Below are positions 28,559-38,299 of a stretch of 64,000 nt of DNA, piece by piece. The stretch is from Anaerolineae bacterium. Lineage in GTDB: Bacteria > Chloroflexota > Anaerolineae > S140-20. A model generated the notes under the pieces. The model did not search any database. It saw only the letters and a program-made list of their open reading frames with translations, and was not told where the DNA came from. The translations under genes were made by a program, and so were the position numbers. Position 1 is the stretch's first letter, and the number at the start of each line of letters is the position of its first letter. The DNA lies in NCBI GenBank assembly GCA_027021705.1, contig JALUTT010000056.1, positions 76,957-140,956 of the forward strand. The letters are read 5' to 3'.

Positions 28559-30181
28559 ATGGCTGCTTACCCCTTCCAACTGTTGCTCAAGCACATCCTC
28601 CACTACGGCGTGGCCTGGGCTCCCGACCAGGAGATCGTCTACCGGGACCAGGTCCGCTACACCTACCGGGATATGGCCCAGCGGGTGCTCCGGCTGGCCG
28701 GCGCCCTGCGCACCCTGGGCGTGGAGAAGGGAACCAAAGTCGGCGTCATCGAGTGGGACAGCCATCGCTACCTGGAAATCTACTTCGCCGTTCCCGGCAT
28801 CGGAGCCATCCTCCACACCATCAACCCTCGCCTGGCCCCCGAGGACCTGGTCTACACGATGGCCCACGCCGAGGACGAGGTGCTCATCTTCCACGAGGAC
28901 TTCCTCCCCCTGGTGGAACGGGTGCGCCCCCGCCTGCCCTCCATCCGTAAGTACGTGCTGATCACCGACAAGGCGGAGAAGCCGGAGGTCAAGGTTGACG
29001 CCGAGTACGAGGAACTCCTGGCCGGCGCCACCCCCCTGGACGAACTGCCCGACCTGGACGAGAACACTCAGGCCACCCTGGCCTACACCACCGGAACGAC
29101 GGGCAAGCCCAAGGGGGTCTACTTCAGCCACCGCCAGTTGGTCCTGCACACGCTGGTGGGTGGCGTCACCCTGGCCGCCTTCGGCAACTACGGCGGCCTG
29201 AACAAGCACGATGTCTACATGCCCCTGACCCCGATGTTCCACGTTCACGCCTGGGGCCTGCCCTACATGGCCACCCTCTTCGGCCTGAAGCAGGTCTACC
29301 CCGGCCGCTACGAGCCGGAGATGCTCCTCCGCCTCATCTTGGGGGAGAAGGTGACCTTCAGCCACTGCGTGCCCACCATCCTCCAGATGATCGTCACCGC
29401 GCCCGCCGTTCAGAACCTGGACCTGAGCCGCTGGAAGGTGATCATCGGTGGGGCCCGGCTCTCCAAGGGGCTGGCGCTGCAGGCGACAAAGCTGGGCATC
29501 AAGGTCTACGCGGGCTACGGGATGTCGGAGACCTGCCCGGTCCTCACCATCGCCAACCTCAAGCCGTTCATGGAGGACGAGTGGGACGAGGAGAAGCAAC
29601 TGGACTGGGCCATCAAGACCGGCTTCCCGGTCCCCTTGGTCCACCTGAAGGTGGTGAGCCCGACGGGCGAGGAGGTGGCCCACGATGCCCACGAGACGGG
29701 CGAAATCGTAGTGCGGGCTCCCTGGCTGACCGAGGGGTACTACAAGGAGCCGGAGCGGACGGAGGAGCTGTGGGCCGGTGGGTGGCTCCACACGGGCGAT
29801 GTGGCCCACGTGGACGAGTACGGCTACGTCCAGATCGTGGACCGGCTCAAGGACGTCATCAAGAGCGGAGGCGAGTGGATCGTCTCTCTGGAGCTGGAGA
29901 ACCTCCTCAGTCTGCACGAGGGGGTGCAGGAGGCCGCCGTCATCGGCATCCCCGACGAGAAGTGGGGCGAGCGGCCCCTGGCCATCGTCGTGCCTCGGGA
30001 AGGGTACAAGGAGCGTCTGACGGACGAGGCGCTCAAAGCCCACCTGACCAAGTTCGTCGAGGATGGGGTGATCACCTCCTGGGCAGTGCCCGACCAGTAC
30101 GTCTTCGTGGATGAACTGCCCAAGACCAGCGTGGGCAAGATTGACAAGAAGGTACTGCGAAGTCGCCACGGCGCTGCCTGA
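28559..30181 (+). CDS. Fatty-acid/acyl-CoA ligase (AlkK/LcfA-like AMP-binding enzyme)
   Basis: YTTGTTGKPKG, PMFHVHAWG, GYGMSET, WLHTGD, DRLKDVIKSGGE, PKTSVGK; AAGGAGG RBS. Confidence 0.92.
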   Translation: MAAYPFQLLLKHILHYGVAWAPDQEIVYRDQVRYTYRDMAQRVLRLAGALRTLGVEKGTKVGVIEWDSHRYLEIYFAVPGIGAILHTINPRLAPEDLVYTMAHAEDEVLIFHEDFLPLVERVRPRLPSIRKYVLITDKAEKPEVKVDAEYEELLAGATPLDELPDLDENTQATLAYTTGTTGKPKGVYFSHRQLVLHTLVGGVTLAAFGNYGGLNKHDVYMPLTPMFHVHAWGLPYMATLFGLKQVYPGRYEPEMLLRLILGEKVTFSHCVPTILQMIVTAPAVQNLDLSRWKVIIGGARLSKGLALQATKLGIKVYAGYGMSETCPVLTIANLKPFMEDEWDEEKQLDWAIKTGFPVPLVHLKVVSPTGEEVAHDAHETGEIVVRAPWLTEGYYKEPERTEELWAGGWLHTGDVAHVDEYGYVQIVDRLKDVIKSGGEWIVSLELENLLSLHEGVQEAAVIGIPDEKWGERPLAIVVPREGYKERLTDEALKAHLTKFVEDGVITSWAVPDQYVFVDELPKTSVGKIDKKVLRSRHGAA

Positions 30182-30208
30182 CGCCGCCCCCAGGACAGGC
30201 GTCTTGCC

Positions 30209-30244
30209 AAGAGGCCGGGCATCGCTGCCGTGCCCGGCCTCTTT
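30209..30244 (+). terminator. Hairpin terminator after the CoA ligase
   Basis: AAGAGGCCGGGCA-loop-TGCCCGGCCTCTT, followed by T. Confidence 0.7.
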
Positions 30245-30338
30245 CCCAATGTATGGGGCTGCGCCGGTGGACGATGGCTCCAGCGAGAAGTCCTTCTGGG
30301 ACATCCTCGGCGCGGCGAACCCCTGATCTGCATTCATT

Positions 30339-30490
30339 GGTGATTACCCATATCTTGGGGGTAGGGAGATCAGCCGTCCACGAATGGAGCACAAATACGC
30401 GAATTAGGAGCCGCCCCATTCGTGCATTCGCGAGAAATTCGTGGACAGCCTACTGCAGCCCACTCCCCCACTCACTTGTGGGTAGTCACC
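30339..30490. mobile_element. MITE family A, diverged copy
   Basis: GGTGATTACCCATATC...TGTGGGTAGTCACC, colinear with 28316-28468 but with many substitutions. Confidence 0.88.
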
Positions 30491-30576
30491 GGGCATCCAC
30501 TCTGGTCCAATTGCGAGAAACGTGGCATAATCCTAGCAAAGGCTCCGGGTTCCTGATGGTCTTCGGGGGGGAGACG

Positions 30577-32094
30577 ATGGCCAAGGAAAGGGGAGAGGCC
30601 CACCTGGTCGCTATGCTCTCCCGGCTGCGCTGGGCGATGCCGACGGCTACGGCCCTGCTCAGCGTGAGCTACGTCCTCTTCGAGCACCGCATTCTCCTCC
30701 GCAGCGCCCTGAACGCCCACATCATCCGCGAACTCCTCTTCTTCGGTCTCGTGGGGCCTTTCCTGGCCGGATTGGTCCTGGAGTGGGCCACGGAGGCCGC
30801 CCTCGCCCGGCATCGGGCCCGGGAGGAGCTGCGGGAGCGCAACCGCCAGTTGGCTGGGCTGAACAGCATCAGCGAAGCTGTCAATCGGTCCCTGGACCTC
30901 CAAGAGGTGCTGGACGAAGCCCTGGACCGGGTGATGGACCTCCTACAGGTGGACGTGGGAGAGGTGCGCCTGCTGAGGGAGGGCACCTTGCGTCTGGAGA
31001 GCTACCGGGGGCTCTCCCCAGGCTTCGTGGACGCCGACAGGGTGGTCGCCCTGGGTGAGTGCCTGTGTGGTCTGGCCGCCTACCATTCCCAGCCTTTCAC
31101 CGTCAACGACCTCCGAGTGGCCCCCGCCGTCACGCGACGAGCCTGTCTGGACGATGGGCTCCGGTCCATCATGTGCGTCCCCGTCATCAGCAAGACCCGG
31201 GTGGTGGGGGTGATCCACGTGGGGTGTCGGCAGCCTCGCACTTTCTCCCCGCAGGAGGAGGCTTTCCTGGCCGCCATCGGTCGTCAGATCGGCATGGCCA
31301 TCGAAAACGCCTCTCTCTACGCCCGGGTCAAGGCCCTCAACCGCGAGTTGGAGGCCCGTGTGCGGGAGCGGACGATCGAGTTGGAGCGGGCCCGGCAGGA
31401 GATCGCCCAGAAGGCACAACAGCTCCAGAAACTGTTGGCCGAGACGGTGCAGATCCAGGAGCGGGAGCGGGCACGCATCGCCCACGACATGCACAACGGC
31501 GTCATCCAGCTCATCGCGGGGGCCCTGTACGAGGTGCAGGCGGCCAAGGATGCGGCGACGACGAACCCCGACCGGATGCACGCCTGCTTGGAGGCCGCTC
31601 TGGAGTTGATCCAGCAGATCGAGGCGGAGACCCGCCGCACCATCTACGACCTGCGCCCCCCCATCCTGGATGCCAAGGGGCTGATTCCGGCGCTGCGCCA
31701 GTACGCCTTCCGCTATCAGGACCTGACCGGCATCCCCTGCTCGCTCCACGTCTCCGGCGCCCCTCGGCGGCTGAGCACCGACGCCGAGGTGGCCATCTAC
31801 CGGGTCGTGCAGGAGGCGTTGCACAACATCCAGTGCCACGCCCGGGCGACGATGGCCGAGGTCCTGGTGCGCTTCGGCCCTCGCGGACTCTGGCTGATGA
31901 TCCGCGATGACGGTCAGGGCTTCGACCCCCAGGCGGTCGCCTGCCACGCCGACCGGCACCTGGGCCTGGTCGGGATGCGGGAGCGCATTCAGAGCGTCGG
32001 TGGACAACTCGAGATCGAGGCGGAGCCAGGGCGGGGCACGAGCATCGTCATCCGTATCCCAGCCCAGGCTTTCGCTCGGGAGGAGGTCCGATGA
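30577..32094 (+). CDS. Membrane GAF-domain sensor histidine kinase (HisKA_3 / NarX-like)
   Basis: Two TM segments, GAF domain, ERARIAHDMH, YRVVQEALHN, DDGQGFD, GLVGMRER. Confidence 0.92.
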   Translation: MAKERGEAHLVAMLSRLRWAMPTATALLSVSYVLFEHRILLRSALNAHIIRELLFFGLVGPFLAGLVLEWATEAALARHRAREELRERNRQLAGLNSISEAVNRSLDLQEVLDEALDRVMDLLQVDVGEVRLLREGTLRLESYRGLSPGFVDADRVVALGECLCGLAAYHSQPFTVNDLRVAPAVTRRACLDDGLRSIMCVPVISKTRVVGVIHVGCRQPRTFSPQEEAFLAAIGRQIGMAIENASLYARVKALNRELEARVRERTIELERARQEIAQKAQQLQKLLAETVQIQERERARIAHDMHNGVIQLIAGALYEVQAAKDAATTNPDRMHACLEAALELIQQIEAETRRTIYDLRPPILDAKGLIPALRQYAFRYQDLTGIPCSLHVSGAPRRLSTDAEVAIYRVVQEALHNIQCHARATMAEVLVRFGPRGLWLMIRDDGQGFDPQAVACHADRHLGLVGMRERIQSVGGQLEIEAEPGRGTSIVIRIPAQAFAREEVR

Positions 32095-32729
32095 CCATCC
32101 GCGTTCTGGTCGTGGACGATCATCCGGTGGTACGGCACGGCATCCAGCATCTGCTGGAGAACGACGCCGAAGTCGAAGTGGTCGGCGAGGCCGATAGCGG
32201 CCCCCGGGCCTTAGAGCAGGTCGCCCTCCTGCACCCCGACATCGTCATCCTGGATGTGCGGCTGCCAGGCTCCGACGGTGTCGAGATCACCCACCAACTC
32301 CGGCGGACCTACCCCAACATCAAGGTGATCGTGCTCACCGCCTACCGGGACGAGGAGTACCTTCTGGGGGCGCTGCGGGCGGGGGCCCACGCCTACCTGC
32401 TCAAGCACGCCTCCCATCAGATGCTGTGCGAGGCCATCCACCGAGTGTACAGGGGGGAGCGCCTCCTGAGCCCTTCCCTCATCAGCCGCGTCCTGGAGGA
32501 GTTCGAGGCGATGGCTCGGGAGCGGGTGATCGAGAACTCTCAGCTCACCGGGACGGAGCTGCAGATCCTGAACTACATCGCGGCTGGGGATACGACCCGG
32601 GAGATCGCGCAGAAGCTCCACTGGAGCGAGGCGACGGTCAATCGGCGGGTGCAGGAGATCCTGACCAAGCTGAACGTCTCCAACCGGGCCCACGCCGTTG
32701 CCGAGGCGATCCGGCGCGGGCTGATCTGA
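32091..32729 (+). CDS. NarL/LuxR-family response regulator
   Basis: VDDHPVVR, ILDVRLP, YLLK, C-terminal LuxR HTH; ATGA overlap with the kinase. Confidence 0.95.
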   Translation: MTIRVLVVDDHPVVRHGIQHLLENDAEVEVVGEADSGPRALEQVALLHPDIVILDVRLPGSDGVEITHQLRRTYPNIKVIVLTAYRDEEYLLGALRAGAHAYLLKHASHQMLCEAIHRVYRGERLLSPSLISRVLEEFEAMARERVIENSQLTGTELQILNYIAAGDTTREIAQKLHWSEATVNRRVQEILTKLNVSNRAHAVAEAIRRGLI

Positions 32730-33002
32730 GTTGATAGGATTTCACCGCGAAACTGATCGGTTTTGATATTGTGGTTCGCCTCTCCCCCTCCTATAATTAC
32801 CTCAAGTTCCTCCGTGCCTCCCCCCGCTCGATCCACCATTACGCAAGACGTACACCATTGCGAGTGAAGAGGGCGTTTCCCAGCCTCCCGGGCGGACTCC
32901 TAATCCGCCCGGTCCTGCCGGGCGTGCCCTCCTGGCGGGTTGTGGACCCGTCTGGAGTCGCGTTGTCCAACCGTTGAGTGCTAAGGAGGAGGTGAGCACG
33001 CG

Positions 33003-35999
33003 ATGAAAGTCAGCCGAAGGGATTTCCTGAAGCTCTCAGGGGCCGCAGCCGGTAGCCTGCTCTTACCCGGCGGTGCCGCGTTGGCCGTCCGGGAGGCCCC
33101 GCAATTCCCACTGCGCAAGAAGGTTGGCGAGGTGACCACCATCTGCACCTACTGCGCCGTCGGCTGTGGTCAGGTGGTGGCCACGGTAGGTGGCAAGGTG
33201 GTCAACATCGAGGGGGACCCGGACCATCCCATCAACCGGGGAGCCCTCTGCAGCAAGGGCGCGGCCTCCCTACAGATCATCAACAACCCGCGCCGGCTCA
33301 CCAAAGTGCTCTACCGGGCCCCTGGGGCCACCGACTGGGAGGAGAAGGATTGGGACTGGGCCTTGGACCGCATCGCCCAGCGCATCAAGGAGACCCGCGA
33401 CGCCCACTGGATCTCCACGGGCGAGAGCGGCAAGCCGGTCAACCGCACCGAGGCCATCGCCTTCGTGGGCGGCTCCCAGAACACCAACGAGGAGTGCTAC
33501 CTCTGGGTGAAGGCGCTGCGGGCGATGGGCCTGGTCTACATCGAGCACCAGGCGCGCATATGACACTCCGCTACCGTTGCGGCTCTGGCAGAGTCGTTCG
33601 GTAGAGGGGCGATGACCAACCACTGGATTGACATCAAGAACGCCGATGTGATCATGATCATCGGCTCCAACGCGGCCGAGAACCACCCCATTTCCATCAA
33701 ATGGGTGGAGGAAGCACGCCGCAACGGTGCAGTGCTGATCAGCGTGGACCCCCGCTTTACCCGGACCTCCGCCCTGGCGGACATCTACGCGCCGTTGCGG
33801 TCGGGCACCGACATCGCCTTCATCGGCGGGCTGATCAACTACGTCTTGGAGAACGAGCTCTACCACAAGGAGTACGTCGCCGAGTACACCAACGCCTCCT
33901 TCCTCATCAACCCCGACTTCGGCTTCGAGAACGGCCTCTTCGTGGGCTACGACCCCAACAAGCGGAAGTACGACAAGTCCGCCTGGTCCTACCAGACCGA
34001 CGCCGACGGCATCCCCCTCGAGGACAAGACCCTCCAAGATCCCAACACCGTCTTCCAGCACCTCAAGCGCCACTACGCCCGCTACGACCTGGACACCGTC
34101 TCCGCCATCACCGGCACGCCCAAGGAGGTGCTGGAGAAGGTCTACAGCACCTACGCCTCCACCGGTCAGCCGGGCAAGGCCGGGACGATTATGTACGCGA
34201 TGGGGGCGACGCAGCACACCTACGGCACCCAGAACGTGCGCTCCTACGCCATCCTCCAGTTGCTCTTGGGCAACATTGGCGTGGCCGGCGGCGGCATCAA
34301 CGCCCTGCGCGGCCTGCACAACGTGCAGGGTTCCACCGACATGTGCCTCCTCTTCCACATCCTGCCCGGCTACCTCAAGACCCCCATCGAGGCCGACGAG
34401 ACGCTGGCGGCCCACCTGGAGCGGGTGACGCCCAGGACCAACGACCCCAAGAGCGTCAACTGGTGGAAGAACTACCCCAAGTACATGGTCAGCCTGCTCA
34501 AAGCCTGGTGGGGCGATGCCGCGACGCCCGAGAACGACTTCGCCTTCCACTACCTGCCCCGGAACAGCGCCAACTACTCCCACATCGCCCTCTTCGAGGC
34601 CATGTACCGGGGCGACATCAAGGGGTTCATCGTCCTCGGCCAGAACCCGGCCGTGGGCGGCCCCAACTCCAACATGGAGCGGAAGGCGATGGAGAACTTG
34701 GACTGGCTGGTGGTCATTGACCTGTGGGAGACGGAGACCGCCGCCTTCTGGAAGCGCCCGGATGTGGACCCCGCCAGCATCCAGACCGAGGTCTTCCTGC
34801 TGCCGGCCGCTTCCTACGTGGAGCGGGAGGGGAGCGTGACCAACTCCGGCCGCTGGATCCAGTGGCGCTACAAGGCCATAGACCCCATCGGCGATGCCAA
34901 GGAGGACCTCTGGATCGTCAACCAGATCATGCGTCGCCTGCGGGACCTGTATGCCACCCAGGGAGGGGCCTTCCCCGACCCCATCGTGAACCTCACCTGG
35001 GATTACGGCGACGGCCTGCCTGACGCCGAGCAGATCGCCCGGGAGATCAGCGGCACGGCCCTGGTGGACCTGAAGGACAAGGAGGGCAACGTCATCGTCA
35101 AGGCGGGCCAGCAGGTCAAGAACTTCACCCAACTGCGGGACGACGGTTCCACCGCCTGTGGCAACTGGCTCTACAACTACTACACCCAGGAAGGCAACCT
35201 GGCCAAGCGCCGGGACACGGTGGACAGATCGGGCATCGGCCTCTACTCCAACTGGGGCTGGTGCTGGCCGGTCAACCGCCGCATCATCTACAACCGGGCC
35301 TCGGTCCACCCCGTCACCGGGGAGCCGTGGGACAAGGAGCATCCGGTCATCCGCTGGGACCCGGTGGCCAAGAAGTGGATCGGCGACGTGCCCGACGGCG
35401 GCACCCCGCCCAACACCATCCACCCCTTCATTATGAAGCCCGAAGGCCACGCCCGCATCTTCGGTCTGGGGATGGCCGACGGCCCCTTCCCCGAGCACTA
35501 CGAGCCCTGGGAGAGCCCGGTGCCCAACCTCCTCTCCGGCACCCAGAACAACCCGGCCTTCAAGATCTGGGCCTCGGAGATGGACTACAAGGGGGAGGCC
35601 GACAAGTACCCGATCATCGCCACCACCTACCGGATCACGGAGCACATGCAGGCCGGGGCGATGACCCGCAACCTCCCCTGGCTGGTGGAGGCGATGCCGG
35701 AGCTCTTCGTCGAGATGAGCCCGGAGCTGGCCGAGGAGAAGGGGATCCGCAACGGCGACAAGGTCGTCGTGGAGACGGCCCGGGGCTCGGTGACGGGCGT
35801 GGCCCTGGTGACACCTCGTTTCCGCCCCTTCCAGGTGAACGGTCGGATGCTCCACCAGATCGGCGTGCCCTGGCACTGGGGCTATATGGGCATCTCCACC
35901 GGCGACAGCGCCAACGTGCTCACCCCCCACGTGGGCGACGCCAACACGATGATCCCGGAGTTCAAGGCCTTCCTGTGCGATGTGAGAAAGGCGGTGTGA
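33003..35999 (+). CDS. fdnG: Formate dehydrogenase catalytic subunit, selenocysteine-containing, Tat-exported (998 aa)
   Basis: SRRDFLK Tat motif; CTYCAVGC...C Fe-S motif. In-frame TGA at 33561-33563 in EHQARI-U-HSATV joins the ORF-track pieces 33003-33563 and 33612-35999. Confidence 0.95.
33564..33604 (+). promoter_or_regulatory. Bacterial SECIS element
   Basis: Stem-loop CTACCG..GCGGCTCT-GGC-AGAGTCGT..CGGTAG immediately after the UGA. Confidence 0.8.
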
Positions 36000-36000
36000 T

Positions 36001-36801
36001 ATGGGCAAGGTTGCGATGCTGATAGACACCTCCAAGTGCACCGGCTGCCGGGGATGTCAGGTGGCCTGCAAAGAGTGGAACGACCTGCCGGCGACCACCA
36101 CGACCAACTGGGGCAGCTACGAGAACCCGCCCGATCTATCGGCCTCCACCTGGACCCGCATCTCCTTCCACGAGGTGGCCGATGACCGGGGTGTGCGCTG
36201 GCTCTTCTTCAAGGAAGGGTGTCTGCACTGCACCGAGGCGGCCTGCGTCGAGGTGTGCCCCACGGCCGCCCTCCAGTACCACGAGATGGGCTTCGTCTCG
36301 CTGGACGAGGATCGCTGCAACGGCTGTGGCTACTGCGTCGAGTTCTGCCCCTTCCAGATCCCCCGCCTGGAGATCAACCCCCTCACCGGTCAGGGCAAGG
36401 CGTACAAGTGCACCCTCTGCCAGGACCGGGTGACCAACGACCTGATCCCGGCCTGTGCCAAGACCTGTCCGGCCAACGCGATCCAGTTCGGGGATCGGGA
36501 GGCGATGGTGACGATGGCCCAGAAGCGGGTGGAGGAGTTGAAGGCCATCGGCTACACCAACGCCGTCGTCTACGGGGACAAGGAGCTGGGCGGGCTGGGC
36601 CGCATCTACGTGCTGATGGAGCGGCCCAGCGTCTACGGCCTGCCGGAGAACCCCCAGGTTCCGGCCTTGACCCGTCTCTGGCAGAAGGGGATCCAGCCCT
36701 TCGGCTACGCCGCCGTGGGGCTGACCCTCCTGGGGCTGGGCTTCAACTGGGTGGTGCAGCGCCGGGTCGCCCGGGCAGCAGAAGCGGAGGAGGAGGGCTA
36801 A
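36001..36801 (+). CDS. fdnH: Formate dehydrogenase iron-sulfur subunit with C-terminal TM anchor
   Basis: Four ferredoxin motifs (CTGCRGCQVAC, CLHC..AAC..VCP, CNGCGYC...CP, CTLC...PAC..TCP). Confidence 0.93.
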   Translation: MGKVAMLIDTSKCTGCRGCQVACKEWNDLPATTTTNWGSYENPPDLSASTWTRISFHEVADDRGVRWLFFKEGCLHCTEAACVEVCPTAALQYHEMGFVSLDEDRCNGCGYCVEFCPFQIPRLEINPLTGQGKAYKCTLCQDRVTNDLIPACAKTCPANAIQFGDREAMVTMAQKRVEELKAIGYTNAVVYGDKELGGLGRIYVLMERPSVYGLPENPQVPALTRLWQKGIQPFGYAAVGLTLLGLGFNWVVQRRVARAAEAEEEG

Positions 36802-36802
36802 G

Positions 36803-37465
36803 ATGGAAGAGCGATATGTGAAGCGGTTCTCGGCCAGCGAGCGGTTGGCCCACTGGTTGCACTTCCTGGCCTTCACCGTGCTGCTGGGCACGGGCGGCTT
36901 TCTCTACATGCCGGCGTTGCAGCCCTTCACCGTCGGCACCGCCGGCGAGGCGGCCCGGCTGGCCCATCGCGTGGCGGCCGTCGTCTTCATCGCCTGCCCC
37001 CTGATCTACCTCATCGGCGACCCCAAGGGCTTCTTCTACAGCCTCCGAGAAGCCTTCTCCTGGGGGGCCGAGGACGTTCAGTGGCTGCGGCTGGCCTGGT
37101 GCTACTACACGCGGGGGGCCAAGTGCGCGGGCATCCCCCCCCAGGGCAAGTACAACGCCGGCCAGAAGCTCAACGTCCTCACCCAGATCGTCGCCTTCAT
37201 CCTCTTCACCGTCACCGGCCTGATTATGTGGTTCGGCCACGGTGTGGTGTCTCCAGCCCTCTTCCGCTGGGCGGTGATCATCCACGACCTGAGCGTGACG
37301 GCGGTGCTGGTCCTCTTCCTGCTGCACCTCTACCTGGTAGCCATCCACCCCTTCACCCGCGAGTCCATTATGGCGATGTTCGAGGGGGTGGTGACCCGCG
37401 AGTACGCTCAGGAACACCACGCCCGCTGGTACGAGGAGATGAAGGCCGGCGGTGAGGCCGGATAA
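36803..37465 (+). CDS. fdnI: Formate dehydrogenase cytochrome b subunit
   Basis: RF...ERLAHW, AHR, GKYNAGQK, IHD, LHLY, HHARW. Confidence 0.93.
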   Translation: MEERYVKRFSASERLAHWLHFLAFTVLLGTGGFLYMPALQPFTVGTAGEAARLAHRVAAVVFIACPLIYLIGDPKGFFYSLREAFSWGAEDVQWLRLAWCYYTRGAKCAGIPPQGKYNAGQKLNVLTQIVAFILFTVTGLIMWFGHGVVSPALFRWAVIIHDLSVTAVLVLFLLHLYLVAIHPFTRESIMAMFEGVVTREYAQEHHARWYEEMKAGGEAG

Positions 37466-37521
37466 AAGGGCGGGGGTGGCGGGGGCCGTGCCCTCCGCCA
37501 CCCCCAACGAGCATCCAGGAG

Positions 37522-38298
37522 GTGCCTGTGGCCCGGAGCATCGAGGGCCTGCTGGAGGCGCTGCGGGAAGCCCGCTCCCGAAACCCCCAACTGGCCTCCA
37601 CGATAGCGTTCTACGTCGCCCTGCTGGAGGCGCAAGCCCGAACGGCCCTGCCCGACCTCCCACCGCCCCCATCGCCGGAGGCGGCCCGCCGGGCGCTGGC
37701 CGAGGGGCGTCCGCTCATCGAGTTGACCCCCCTGCCGCTGGACGCGCCGGCCCTGCGGGCGCTGGCGGACGAGGTCTGCACCATCACCGCCCGGCACCGC
37801 CCCGAACTGGCCGAGGCCCTGGAAGCCATCCGCGCCCGCCTCTCCGACGGGGGTCTCCTCGACGAAGGGACCTTCGCCGACGAGGTGGGGGCCTTCGTGC
37901 GCACCCAGGCGTGGCGGCCCTTGCTGCGGGCCTGGGCTGCCCGGATGGCCGAGCAGGTGGAGATCGCCGACTGGCGGCAGCCCATCTGCCCCTTCTGCGG
38001 CAGCCCCCCCGACCTGGGGGCCCTGGGGGCCGAGGACGGCCGGCGCTACCTGCTCTGCAGCCGCTGCGACACCGAGTGGGCCTTCGCCCGCGTCGCCTGC
38101 CCCTTCTGCGGCGACACCCGCCACCAGGCCTACTTCCCCGGCGAGGACGAGCGGTACCGCCTCTACGTCTGCGACGCCTGCAAGCGCTACCTCAAGGTGG
38201 TGGACCTGCGCCGGGGGTGGCGTCCCGTGATGCTGCCCGTCGAGCGGGTGCTCACCATCCCGATGGACCTGGCCGCCCGCCAGGCCGGTTACCGGTGA
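37522..38298 (+). CDS. fdhE: Formate dehydrogenase maturation protein FdhE
   Basis: CPFCGS.P, RYLLCSRCDTEW, R..CPFCG, CDACKRYLK. Confidence 0.9.
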   Translation: MPVARSIEGLLEALREARSRNPQLASTIAFYVALLEAQARTALPDLPPPPSPEAARRALAEGRPLIELTPLPLDAPALRALADEVCTITARHRPELAEALEAIRARLSDGGLLDEGTFADEVGAFVRTQAWRPLLRAWAARMAEQVEIADWRQPICPFCGSPPDLGALGAEDGRRYLLCSRCDTEWAFARVACPFCGDTRHQAYFPGEDERYRLYVCDACKRYLKVVDLRRGWRPVMLPVERVLTIPMDLAARQAGYR

Positions 38299-38299
38299 G

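Noticed and set aside
30253..30576. N-terminal extensions in the ORF track (kinase from 30253, ligase from 28454, sacsin-like from 47907, GGT from 56493, PfkB from 21314)
   Set aside because: They run through MITEs, promoters or neighbouring genes. Downstream starts have an RBS or stop-start overlap and match family N-termini.
33561..33563. fdnG pseudogene or split gene
   Set aside because: The TGA falls at the conserved Sec position, the frame is preserved and a SECIS-like hairpin follows.
33270..36041. 923-aa minus-strand ORF
   Set aside because: Antisense shadow of fdnG.
37472..37505. Strong hairpin between fdnI and fdhE as a novel RNA
   Set aside because: A single GC-rich stem with no U tract; most simply an mRNA-stabilising or processing hairpin.
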